Below are positions 27,741 to 36,863 of a DNA stretch of 64,000 nt, in pieces (the stretch's first letter is position 1; each line of letters starts with the position of its first letter). Under the pieces are notes generated by a model that made no database searches, had not been told where the DNA came from, and saw only the letters and a list, made by a program, of their open reading frames with translations. The position numbers and the translations under genes were made by a program. Origin of the DNA: an uncultured archaeon (GTDB taxonomy: Archaea; Thermoplasmatota; Poseidoniia; MGIII; CAYLMJ01); assembly GCA_964384995.1 (NCBI GenBank), contig CAYLMJ010000001.1:24221-88220 (forward strand), read 5' to 3'.

Positions 27741-28037
27741 ACAACTCGGAGACATCTCGGAGATAACTCGGAGATAACTCGAAGACAACTCGAAGCCACC
27801 TCGAAGCTACCTCGAAGCTTCTACGAACGATATACGAAGGAGTTACGAACGAGTACCGAAGGAGTAGCGAAGGTTGAATATAGCGGTACTATGGCGGTAC
27901 TTTAGCGGTACTTTAGGGGTACTATGGCGGCAATATAGGATCGATATAGAATTGATATACAATTGATACAGCCGGAATACAGGACGGATAGGGAATGGGT
28001 ATGGGGCGAGTCTCGGGAGAGTAGACAGGAGACACGA
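27741..28037. repeat. Phased tandem array of 27 consecutive 11-bp units that drift progressively in sequence
   Basis: Exact 11-bp register from 27741: acaactcggag acatctcggag ataactcggag ataactcgaag acaactcgaag ccacctcgaag ctacctcgaag cttctacgaac gatatacgaag gagttacgaac gagtaccgaag gagtagcgaag gttgaatatag cggtactatgg cggtactttag cggtactttag gggtactatgg cggcaatatag gatcgatatag aattgatatac aattgatacag ccggaatacag gacggataggg aatgggtatgg ggcgagtctcg ggagagtagac aggagacacga. Confidence 0.85.
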
Positions 28038-28098
28038 GCTATTCTCACCTGAGTTATGCTTTTTATCCTAAACCAGCATCAGGGTCATTGGAATCGAT

Positions 28099-31000
28099 AT
28101 GGCGGGCGCTCATACAACCCTGAGATGGATGCGGCTTGGCATCGTGATGTTCGGGACAGTCATCCTGTTACTGCTATGGGCAGGAGGAGAAGCCGAAGCT
28201 CAAGTGGACTACTCGATGGCCGTCGAGCACGACAGGATAAGGCTGTTGGAGAACGGGACCGGCGAGTCGAACCAGACCCTCTACCTTACCAACTTCTGCG
28301 CCCACACACTCACCATCGAATTAACGGTGGAACATGGGTCCCCAGTGGTCAATGTGACCCCCGTGGTGAGAACTGTGACACTGGGGTCTGGTGGTGATGG
28401 ACAGTACAATTATTCTATCGAATCCGAGAACGCGAATATCTCCAATGTTGAGGTGATCATCAACGGCAGGGTGACCCATGTCGATGGCGCAACCTCACCG
28501 GAACCGTACGAGCGCAGCGATACTTTCATTGTGCGAAAGCCTGCCAGTTTCGATTCTGATGGTTCACCCCTCATCTACTCAACATACGTGGGTGGCGAAG
28601 ACCGCGATCGAGGTTACAGCATGGCCGTCGATGATGATGGTTATGTCTATGTTACCGGTTATACCCGTTCAGCTGATTTCCCCATCACTGAAGGTGCCTT
28701 CAATGACACATTGAACGGATACCGGGACGTTTATGTTGCGAAACTGAGTCCCGACGGTTCGGATTTGATCTACTCCACATATGTAGGTGGGAGTAGTTAC
28801 GATGATATTGGTTCGGGAATTTGTGTCGATAATGAAGGAAGCGTTTACGTGGCAGGTTATACCGCTTCCGATGATTTTCCCACAACCCCAGGAGCGTACG
28901 ATAGGGAATACAACGGTGGTGAGGTGGACGGTTTCATATTCAAGCTTAGTCCCGATGGTTCAACTCTGGAGTACTCAACTTATATTGGTGGGAGTGCAAT
29001 TGATGGCATTCGGGATATTGCGATTGATAACAACAAGAACGTGACCGTGATCGGTATCACCAATTCCACGAACTTCCCAACCTCCACAACGGCAAAGGAC
29101 AGGTCTCACAACGGTCTCTTTGATGCCTTCGTCCTCAGGTTATCCGATAAAGGAACACAGCTCATGGCCTCCACATACCTAGGGGGCACGAATAATGACG
29201 AAGCTTATGCGATTGCACTTGACGACGATGGTCATGCATATGTGACAGGATACACAGAGTCTACAAACTTTCCGAAAACGAACGGGGTCTTTGACAGGAC
29301 CCACAACGGAGAGACCGACATCTTTGTTACCAAGGTCTCTCATAGTGGTACAACATTTCAATATTCAACCTTTGTGGGGGGTACGTATTGGGAGGAAGCA
29401 TACGATATCGTTCTGGACGATGAGGAATATGCCTATGTGACAGGCTTCACGGATTCCTACGATTTCCCCACTACTGATGGAGCATACAACCGATCCAAGA
29501 ATGGATGGTGGGAAGACATGTTCGTTTTCCAATTGAGTCCTTCGGGAACCTATCTCAAGTTCTCGACATACATTGGTGGGGAGGACGAAGATTACGGAAT
29601 GTCATTGGATGTGGATGTGGATGGCTCCGTTTACGCAGTTGGGCGTACATCTTCCAGGGACTTCCCCACCACTCCGGACACGTACAACCAGAGCACAGGC
29701 GGCAACATCATCCTTTTCATGCTAAAAGAGAATGGTACAGAGTTGGCATATTCATCAGCATTGGGTGGTTGGGAGGTGACTTATGTCTATGACATCGTCC
29801 ACTCGGGCAACGGCAACTGCTATGTCACGGGCTACACCTATTCCGGTTTCCCGGTTACGGATGGTGCCTATGATGAGACTCACAATATGGATAGTGACAT
29901 CTATGTCTTCAAGATGAAAGTGACCATCAACACTCCACTTATCGCCTCCATAAGATCCATATCACCGGCAGCTCCCAACGTGGGAGATGCGGTCAGCTTC
30001 AACGGCTCTGGTGAGGATTCCGACGGCTATATCACGGCCTATCAATGGCACTCGTCCATAGACGGCAACCTCAGCACCAATGTTTCGTTCACCACATCAA
30101 CACTCTCTCCTGGTGAGCACCTCATCACGTTCAGGGTCATGGACAATCGTAGTTACTGGTCAGAGAATGTCAGTCAGCTCCTCAATGTGAACCTCGTACC
30201 AACAGCTCACATTCAGTTGATGACCCCCGCCTACCAGCTCCAGGGCAAGACGGTCTATTTCAGAGGCTCAGGCAACGACACCGATGGTTCGGTGGAGGGC
30301 TACCAATGGGTCTCCAGCATCGATGGGACCATTTCCTCCAAGATGACCTTCAGCAAAACGACCCTCTCCAACGGAACCCACACCATCTCCTTCCGGGTCC
30401 AGGACGATGATGGTGCCTGGTCCTCCTGGGCCAATGCCTCCCTGAATATCCTGAATCCCGGAGAGGCTCCACCGGTGGCATCGATCATCTCCATCACCCC
30501 CACCTCTCTCAAAGCGGGTGAGCTGGTCAGCTTTCAGGGCAAGGGCGTCCACGCCTACTGGAATGTCACCCACTTTGCCTGGCATTCTGACATTCAGGGT
30601 TCGCTGGATCGGAACGAGACGTTCCATACCGATGAGCTGGTCCCCGGGACCCATACCATCAGCTTCAAGGTCACCGACGAGATGGGCGAGGAATCTGTGG
30701 AAGCGACCGCCATCGTGGTGGTGAGAGCGCCTGAAGGACAGGAGGACGATGACGACGGTCTGCCCCTCTTCCTCATCATCGGCGTCGTGGTCGTCCTCGT
30801 CGGTGCGGTGGGTGGATTCATGGCCTACAAGCAGAGACAGGGCGGGACTCCCGCGGTTCCAGCAGGCAAGGCCCAAGCCCCAGCAGCCAAAGCTCCTGCG
30901 CCAGCACCAGCACCAGCACCACCTTCTCCAGAAGCCGCCTACCAGCCTCCAGCAAAGGCTCCGGCTCCCGAACCTCAGAAGCCTCCTGCGCCAGAGACCG

Positions 31001-31110
31001 TCACGATCCAGTGTCCAAGCTGTCAGGGACGGATGAGGATACCGAAACTGGGCAGGCTTCAGCAGATCAAGTGTGAGGCGTGTGGATTGGAAGGTGAGTT
31101 GGAGGTCTAG
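28099..31110 (+). CDS. Surface protein: signal/anchor, SBBP-type beta-propeller repeats, three PKD-like domains, TM helix, Pro/Ala linker, C-terminal zinc ribbon
   Basis: Seven repeats of the form YSTY(V/I/L)GG ... D ... A(V/I)D ... G ... YVTGYT ... DFPTT.GA. Three repeats of GSG.D.DG ... Y.W.SSIDG. TM helix LFLIIGVVVVLVGAVGGFMAY. APAPAPAP linker. IQCPSCQGRMRIP ... IKCEACG. Confidence 0.85.
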   Translation: MAGAHTTLRWMRLGIVMFGTVILLLLWAGGEAEAQVDYSMAVEHDRIRLLENGTGESNQTLYLTNFCAHTLTIELTVEHGSPVVNVTPVVRTVTLGSGGDGQYNYSIESENANISNVEVIINGRVTHVDGATSPEPYERSDTFIVRKPASFDSDGSPLIYSTYVGGEDRDRGYSMAVDDDGYVYVTGYTRSADFPITEGAFNDTLNGYRDVYVAKLSPDGSDLIYSTYVGGSSYDDIGSGICVDNEGSVYVAGYTASDDFPTTPGAYDREYNGGEVDGFIFKLSPDGSTLEYSTYIGGSAIDGIRDIAIDNNKNVTVIGITNSTNFPTSTTAKDRSHNGLFDAFVLRLSDKGTQLMASTYLGGTNNDEAYAIALDDDGHAYVTGYTESTNFPKTNGVFDRTHNGETDIFVTKVSHSGTTFQYSTFVGGTYWEEAYDIVLDDEEYAYVTGFTDSYDFPTTDGAYNRSKNGWWEDMFVFQLSPSGTYLKFSTYIGGEDEDYGMSLDVDVDGSVYAVGRTSSRDFPTTPDTYNQSTGGNIILFMLKENGTELAYSSALGGWEVTYVYDIVHSGNGNCYVTGYTYSGFPVTDGAYDETHNMDSDIYVFKMKVTINTPLIASIRSISPAAPNVGDAVSFNGSGEDSDGYITAYQWHSSIDGNLSTNVSFTTSTLSPGEHLITFRVMDNRSYWSENVSQLLNVNLVPTAHIQLMTPAYQLQGKTVYFRGSGNDTDGSVEGYQWVSSIDGTISSKMTFSKTTLSNGTHTISFRVQDDDGAWSSWANASLNILNPGEAPPVASIISITPTSLKAGELVSFQGKGVHAYWNVTHFAWHSDIQGSLDRNETFHTDELVPGTHTISFKVTDEMGEESVEATAIVVVRAPEGQEDDDDGLPLFLIIGVVVVLVGAVGGFMAYKQRQGGTPAVPAGKAQAPAAKAPAPAPAPAPPSPEAAYQPPAKAPAPEPQKPPAPETVTIQCPSCQGRMRIPKLGRLQQIKCEACGLEGELEV

Positions 31111-31160
31111 TCTCTAACTTGAACGTTCGACGCCTCGGCCCCACCTGACAACACTAAAAC

Positions 31161-31284
31161 CGAGATGGTGGAACCAAACAGCCTGTGGATGGCCGGACGC
31201 CTAACCGTGGAACCTACCAGCCTGATGGCGGCCTGTCGCCAGCCTATCTCAGACCTGGCCCCTAACCGTGGAACCAGCCGGTGG
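31161..31284. repeat. Three degenerate copies of a GTGGAACC-containing unit; the last copy is the 3' end of CDS 31262..31546
   Basis: gatggtggaaccaaacagcctgtggatgg (31164-), ctaaccgtggaacctaccagcctgatggcgg (31201-), ctaaccgtggaaccagccggtgg (31262-). Confidence 0.55.
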
Positions 31285-31546
31285 TCTCGGGGCCGCCCTT
31301 GGCCGCGGCTATCATCTTGAGGGCCTGCTCCATCTCGACGGCTTCGGCCTCGCCCATGAGCTTGCGGAACTTCTCGGTCCACTCCTCGTCGGCCAGCACC
31401 TTCCAGGGACAGCCCGAGTAGCTCTGGGCCCCCTCCTCGGTGAAAATGACTATCTGCTCGAACTGGGGGTTGGCCTGGAACTCGATGTCCTCGAAGACAT
31501 CCGAATCGCCGCTGGGCAGGAACACCTCGATGCGCTGGGCTTTCAT
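31262..31546 (-). CDS. Hypothetical small acidic protein (94 aa)
   Basis: ORF with balanced, protein-like composition, flanked by repeat tracts. No motif recognised. Confidence 0.5.
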   Translation of the reverse strand: MKAQRIEVFLPSGDSDVFEDIEFQANPQFEQIVIFTEEGAQSYSGCPWKVLADEEWTEKFRKLMGEAEAVEMEQALKMIAAAKGGPETTGWFHG

Positions 31547-31627
31547 GGTCGGTCTCCATCTATCGGATACCTACACGCAGGGCACCGGGGCTATTTGGGT
31601 TTTGGGCCTGGGCCTGCCTTTGCTGGT

Positions 31628-31697
31628 GGAGGAAGCGCAGGAGGAGAAGGAAGCGTAGGAGGCGCAGGAGGCCGAGGATGCATGGAAGTGCAGGAGG
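31628..31697. repeat. Purine-rich GGAGG/GCAGGAGG drifting repeat
   Basis: ggaggaagcgcaggaggagaaggaagcgtaggaggcgcaggaggccgaggatgcatggaagtgcaggagg, read directly. It abuts the stop codon of CDS 31698..33737. Confidence 0.5.
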
Positions 31698-33737
31698 CTA
31701 AGGCGGGTTGCGCGGCTTCCAGTGGTCGGGGTCGGCGGCCAGCTCCCTGCGTCTGGCCTTCCTGCCGGCGTTCCATGTGGCTATCTGAGTGGCCTTGTCC
31801 TCATCGAGCTCTCTCTCACGTTGGCGTCCAAGATAGTTGAACAGGGCCACTATGACGACCAGCAGGAGCAGGAGGCTTTGGGCGAACATGGCGTGAACAT
31901 CGGCTCTATCGACGTTCGAAGCATCATCCTCTCCGGGATATGACTCCCATATGGTTGCAGGCATCTTTCCCTTCTCCACAGGCAGTACCAGATTCTGGAA
32001 GTAATAGTGACTGGGAGTCTTCCTAATGGATATCAATACATTCATGTGGTCCTCATCGTAAAATGGAGGTACCTGGACCACGACCTCTTGTTCTTTCATG
32101 AACGGTGAAATTCGATAGTCTTGCTGGTAGGTGCTAATAGGGGCCCATAATCCAGCCATCATTTGACTATATACATTGAATCTTACCTCAGAATTATACG
32201 CGTACGAAGGGACCTCATCCTTCAACCTCATTCCATCCGGAATATGAAGTTTCAGACTATTCTTACTCCCCGTGAGGAGGGTTCCATTGGCTTCGACCAC
32301 CTGCATTTCAATGTCTTCGGCATGCTTATCACCACCATTCTCCCATGAGAACCATATACATTCAATATGGTTTCGATGGGAATAGGTGGATGAATTGTTG
32401 TAATACACATAGATCATCCCTTTCATTCCCCTTTCAACCGACACTTCAGGGCGGTCGAATTGTACTATCAGAGCGCCATCCAACCCGATGTGGTAATTAC
32501 CCTCATGCAGTATCCCGAAATCAGATAGATAGATCACTTTGACCTCCTCTCCTGCAGGCATCGGACTGTTGTTGGAGATCATCTGAAACTGTTGATAATG
32601 GCTATGATTAAAGCTCAAATAATCATGATACCACCGGTATAATCGAATTCGGCTAAATTTACTAGACTTATAGATATCAACTGAGTTGCCATTATAATGT
32701 GAGGTGCTCGAACCGTTGACCCACACTGCCCAGTCGAGATATGAGGATGACTTCTTGATGTACGAATAATCAAGGGTGAACTCTACCACACCACTTGCAT
32801 TGGTAACTCCACTCTCCCTGTGATCTGTTCCTCTGATACTCCAGGGGACCTCGACCTTCACCCCGCCAACCGGATGAGCATGTTTTTCTACGACCCCGAT
32901 CAACAGCACAGCTCGTTCCTCTTCGATGTTCTTCCACTTGTACCATGCCCTGTATGGTTCGTAGTAGACCTGGTAGTTGCTGAAGAGCTGATATGTTCCT
33001 TGTCCCTGCTCGTGAAAAACCGTACTTCGAAATTCGACAAAATCAACACTGGTTGAATTGAAGCGATGGGTGTCTGGTACCGTGTAGTTAAGTCCGTAAA
33101 TCCCCACCCCCCATCGCTCAAAATGGATCGTCTTTCCATCAGCTTTAATATCTACATTTGTCGGATCCACCATTGTCTGGTTGAATTGACATATCAATAC
33201 CAGGGTGAATTTCTCTCCGGGCAGGACCCGATCATAAGAACCGTATCTTATGAATTGGGTCTTCAGTCCGGTTGGTTCATCTCCCACGGTGTACTCGTAT
33301 TTTGAATGGGGATATTCCAGGGGTAATTCCCAACTCTCAATGTTGTACTCTAGAGTATATTCACCGATCAAACGGTGCCTGGCTTGAATATGGATAGAAT
33401 TGGACCACAGATGCGACTCTTCCAATTGAAAACTGATCAGATACTCCCCCACGCCAATTTGAACAGGTTGTAAGTAGAATCTTTCATGACGCTGGTTGGT
33501 AATGGTCACATTCAATTCCGGCAGTTCGACCCTTTCACCGTTCTTGAACCCATGCAGGGTCAGGTTGACGGTCTCATTCACTCTGAAGACACTTTGCTCC
33601 CGGGTAAGGTAAATATCCCAGTTAGGAAGGGTAGAGCTACTACTGCCAGAACCTCCCTCTGCATCCATCTTGAAGCTGAACACCATGCAGAAAAAGAGAA
33701 AGAAACACAGTGAAGCTGCTACCCTTAGGCGAACCAT
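31698..33737 (-). CDS. Low-GC secreted/membrane-anchored glycoprotein-like protein (679 aa) of unknown family
   Basis: N-terminal signal peptide (VAASLCFFLFFCMVFSF), many NxS/T sequons, C-terminal TM (LLLLLVVIVALFNYL) and a basic cytoplasmic tail. Ectodomain DNA is strongly A/T-enriched. Confidence 0.75.
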   Translation of the reverse strand: MVRLRVAASLCFFLFFCMVFSFKMDAEGGSGSSSSTLPNWDIYLTREQSVFRVNETVNLTLHGFKNGERVELPELNVTITNQRHERFYLQPVQIGVGEYLISFQLEESHLWSNSIHIQARHRLIGEYTLEYNIESWELPLEYPHSKYEYTVGDEPTGLKTQFIRYGSYDRVLPGEKFTLVLICQFNQTMVDPTNVDIKADGKTIHFERWGVGIYGLNYTVPDTHRFNSTSVDFVEFRSTVFHEQGQGTYQLFSNYQVYYEPYRAWYKWKNIEEERAVLLIGVVEKHAHPVGGVKVEVPWSIRGTDHRESGVTNASGVVEFTLDYSYIKKSSSYLDWAVWVNGSSTSHYNGNSVDIYKSSKFSRIRLYRWYHDYLSFNHSHYQQFQMISNNSPMPAGEEVKVIYLSDFGILHEGNYHIGLDGALIVQFDRPEVSVERGMKGMIYVYYNNSSTYSHRNHIECIWFSWENGGDKHAEDIEMQVVEANGTLLTGSKNSLKLHIPDGMRLKDEVPSYAYNSEVRFNVYSQMMAGLWAPISTYQQDYRISPFMKEQEVVVQVPPFYDEDHMNVLISIRKTPSHYYFQNLVLPVEKGKMPATIWESYPGEDDASNVDRADVHAMFAQSLLLLLVVIVALFNYLGRQRERELDEDKATQIATWNAGRKARRRELAADPDHWKPRNPP

Positions 33738-33749
33738 CAGTAGTACACC

Positions 33750-35690
33750 TTGCTAGCATCTGTCAGACTCTTCCAGGCCATAACCTTTTGGCCGCAGCTG
33801 GGCTCTCACGACACCTTGGTCACCAACAAGGAGGGGCCCGGCCCCAACACGCCCAGCGCTCCCCGCCACGACCATCCGCCCTCACACCCCCTCAGGGAGG
33901 AGGCGGCCCGGCTCCCCAGGTCGCCCGGGGTCTATCTCTTCAAGGACCGTCAGGGCAAGGTGCTCTACGTGGGCAAGGCCGTGCGCCTGCGGGAGCGGGT
34001 GCGCAGCTACTTTGCCCCCTCCCATCAGAGCCGGTTCTGGCAGGACATGGTGGCCCGACTCCTCCGCTCGGCCCGGCGGCTGGACCACATCGTCACCTCC
34101 AACGAGCGGGAGGCCCTGGTCCTGGAGGCCAGCCTCATCCAGCTCCACCGGGCACCCTTCAACGTCCGCTTCACCGATGACAAGCGCTACCCCTACCTCA
34201 AGCTCACCAACGAGCCCTATCCCCGGGTCACCATCGTCCGCCGACTGAGGGACGACGGCGCCCGCTACTTCGGCCCCTTCACCGACATGAAGGTCAAGCA
34301 GACGGTGCGGCTGGTCCGCGCCCTCTTTGGCATCCGGGACTGCAAGAAGCTCCCCGACCGGGCCTGCCTCAACTTCCATATCGGGCTCTGCACCGCCCCC
34401 TGCATCGGTGAGGTGGACCACGAGACCTACGCCAGCCAGGTGCGGGACACCACCGACTTCCTCCGGGGCCGCAACCGGCCGGCCCGCAAAGCTGTCCGCC
34501 AGATGATGGAGCAGGCGGCCAAGAAGGAGGAGTTCGAGCGGGCCGCCGACCTGCGGGACCATCTGGGCCGCCTGGAGGTGCTGGCCGAAGGGCAGTCAGC
34601 CGAACTGCGGTCCACGAAGGAGGCCGATGTCATCGCCCTGGACACCGCCTCGGGCCTGGTGCTGATTGTCCATGTCCGGGAAGGGCGCTTGCTGGGCCGC
34701 TCCCACTTCAAGCTGGACCATACCAGCGAGCCAGAGCCGGGAGAGGTCATGGCCCAGTTCCTGGCCCAGTACTACGGGGGCAGTGAACTGCCGCCCCTGG
34801 TGCTCCTGGAACTCCAGCCCTCCGACCACGCCACCATCCAGGATTGGCTGACCTCCCTTCGGGGCTCCCGGGTGACCCTGGCGGTCCCGGCCAAGGGAGA
34901 GAAGCGCAGACTGCTGGACCTGGCGCTGGAGAACCTCGCCAACCTGAAGGTGGAGCGGGGCAGGCATCCTTCCCCGCCTGACCTGGCCCTGGGCGCTGAC
35001 CAGCGGGAGCTGGAGGTTGTCCTGGATGGACTGCAAGGTGTCCTGGGGCTGAACCTGCGGCCCACCACCATCGAGGGCTTCGATGTCTCCACCCTCCAGG
35101 GCTCCCACACCGTGGGGGCCAGGGTGACCTTCCATGAAGGCCTGCCCGACAAGTCCCGGTACCGGCGCTACCGCATGCGGCGCAAGGCGGGGCAGGACGA
35201 CTACTCCGCCATGGAGGAGATGCTGGGTCGCAGACTGGCCCGGGGAGGACCACCACCCGACTGGCTGCTCATTGACGGCGGGCCCGGACATGTCTCCGCC
35301 GCCGCCTCGGCCCTCAAGGAAGCGGGCCTGGTCCCGGGTGAGGATGTGGAACTGCTGGGTCTGGCCAAGCGGGAGGAACAGCTCCACCTGCATGGAAGGG
35401 GCGCTCCGGTGAACCTGGACCGGAAGGACCCAGGCCTGCGATTGCTCCAGCGGGTCCGGGACGAGGCCCACAGGTTCGGCCTGGCCTACCATCGGCTCCT
35501 GCGCTCCAAGGCCCTGCAAGGTTCTGCCATCGAGGATATCCCCGGCATCGGCCCCAAGAAGGCGGCCCAACTGCTCACCCAATTCGGCTCCCTGGAAGGT
35601 ATCAGGCGGGCCAGCACGAGGTCCATCGCCGCTCTGCCCGGCTGGAGCGAGAGGTCGGCTGTGAAACTGAAGGCGGCCCTGAGACGGTGA
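33750..35690 (+). CDS. uvrC: Excinuclease ABC subunit C
   Basis: GIY-YIG block PGVYLFKDRQGKVLYVGKAVRLRERVRSYF, UVR domain, RNase H-like endonuclease region and C-terminal (HhH)2 (IPGIGPKKAAQLL). The start may be TTG 33816 rather than ATG 33750. Confidence 0.9.
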   Translation: MLASVRLFQAITFWPQLGSHDTLVTNKEGPGPNTPSAPRHDHPPSHPLREEAARLPRSPGVYLFKDRQGKVLYVGKAVRLRERVRSYFAPSHQSRFWQDMVARLLRSARRLDHIVTSNEREALVLEASLIQLHRAPFNVRFTDDKRYPYLKLTNEPYPRVTIVRRLRDDGARYFGPFTDMKVKQTVRLVRALFGIRDCKKLPDRACLNFHIGLCTAPCIGEVDHETYASQVRDTTDFLRGRNRPARKAVRQMMEQAAKKEEFERAADLRDHLGRLEVLAEGQSAELRSTKEADVIALDTASGLVLIVHVREGRLLGRSHFKLDHTSEPEPGEVMAQFLAQYYGGSELPPLVLLELQPSDHATIQDWLTSLRGSRVTLAVPAKGEKRRLLDLALENLANLKVERGRHPSPPDLALGADQRELEVVLDGLQGVLGLNLRPTTIEGFDVSTLQGSHTVGARVTFHEGLPDKSRYRRYRMRRKAGQDDYSAMEEMLGRRLARGGPPPDWLLIDGGPGHVSAAASALKEAGLVPGEDVELLGLAKREEQLHLHGRGAPVNLDRKDPGLRLLQRVRDEAHRFGLAYHRLLRSKALQGSAIEDIPGIGPKKAAQLLTQFGSLEGIRRASTRSIAALPGWSERSAVKLKAALRR

Positions 35691-35800
35691 ACCTCCCTAT
35701 CTTAGCGTTCAAGGCGGTCGTAACAGCCCGGTATCCCAGGCCAATGCCCCGGAGGCGGGCCTAAAGGTTAATTAGACGACCTGGGGTTCACATCCCGTTC

Positions 35801-36775
35801 ATGACCCGGTGGAGAACCAAGCCCTCGCCAACAGCTGGACCGCTCTTGCTCACAGCCCTTGTGGTCCTGGCCTGCCTGATAGCCTCCTCTGAGGCCCAGG
35901 CTTCCCAGACCGCGCCGAGCAAGGATGGCGACAAGGTACCCCTCTCAGACGAATGGGAGGATGGCCCCGAGCAGGAGGACTCGCCCATGGACTGGTCCTA
36001 TGTGGGCAATCCCATCATCGACATCGAGGTCAGGTACCGCCCCGGCCTCACCGGCGATCTGGAGGAGGGCTCCATCGTGCTGGAGCTCTTCGAGAACTGG
36101 GCTCCCATCACCGTGGGCAACTTCGTGAACCTCACCGAGCGACACTTCTACGATGACACCATCTTCCACCGCATCATCGACGACTTCGTCATCCAGGGCG
36201 GCGACCCCGACGCCAACGACCCCTTCGATGACGGCACGGGCGAGCCCATCCCCCTGGAGATAGACCACCGTCTGTCACATGTGGACGGGGCCATCGGCAT
36301 GGCCCGCGAGACCGACCCCGACACCGCCGAGAGCCAGTGGTACATCACCGACGGCGAGGAACACCGGCTCGATGACTGGGAGCGGCAGAACGAGACCCCG
36401 CCCTCCCGGGGCTACGCCGTCTTCGGTGTGGTCCGCGACGGCATGAGCCATGTGCGGACCCTGGCCTGCGTCCCCACCTCTCGGGCCCCCCTGGGGTGCG
36501 AGTATCCCGAGAACAATGCCGACCAGCCAGCCCGCCCCCTGCGGGAGACCGACGTGCTCTCCATCCGGGTGGCCTACCGGGTCCAGCCCCTTCCGGTGGA
36601 GGAGGACGACGGACTGCCCCTCCTGCCCATCGCCGTGGTGGGGACCCTGGTGCTGGCGGCCGTGGTCATCGGCGCTACCGACCTCAAGGAGCACTTCGTT
36701 CGCAAGCCGCTCCAGGCCGAATCGTTGGACACCCCGCAAGAGGAGGCGGCCGAACTGGATCGACGCTGGAAGTGA
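35801..36775 (+). CDS. Cyclophilin-type peptidyl-prolyl isomerase with a signal peptide and a C-terminal TM anchor
   Basis: LELFENWAPITVGNFVNL ... FHRIIDDFVIQGGDP ... GAIGMAR. N-terminal LLLTALVVLACLIASSEAQA. C-terminal LLPIAVVGTLVLAAVVIGA. Confidence 0.9.
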   Translation: MTRWRTKPSPTAGPLLLTALVVLACLIASSEAQASQTAPSKDGDKVPLSDEWEDGPEQEDSPMDWSYVGNPIIDIEVRYRPGLTGDLEEGSIVLELFENWAPITVGNFVNLTERHFYDDTIFHRIIDDFVIQGGDPDANDPFDDGTGEPIPLEIDHRLSHVDGAIGMARETDPDTAESQWYITDGEEHRLDDWERQNETPPSRGYAVFGVVRDGMSHVRTLACVPTSRAPLGCEYPENNADQPARPLRETDVLSIRVAYRVQPLPVEEDDGLPLLPIAVVGTLVLAAVVIGATDLKEHFVRKPLQAESLDTPQEEAAELDRRWK

Positions 36776-36863
36776 CCCCTCCCTTCCCCTTCGTTGAGCC
36801 CGCCAGTGCCTGTTTCACGACCATCGAATAGTCTTTTATAGCGCACCGGGCCCCTTTCAAGCC

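Noticed and set aside
27741-28037. CRISPR array hypothesis for the phased repeats (also 320-429 and 60460-60580)
   Set aside because: The units are contiguous 11-mers with no alternation of a constant repeat and unique spacers. The unit sequence changes continuously. No cas genes or leader-like organisation are present.
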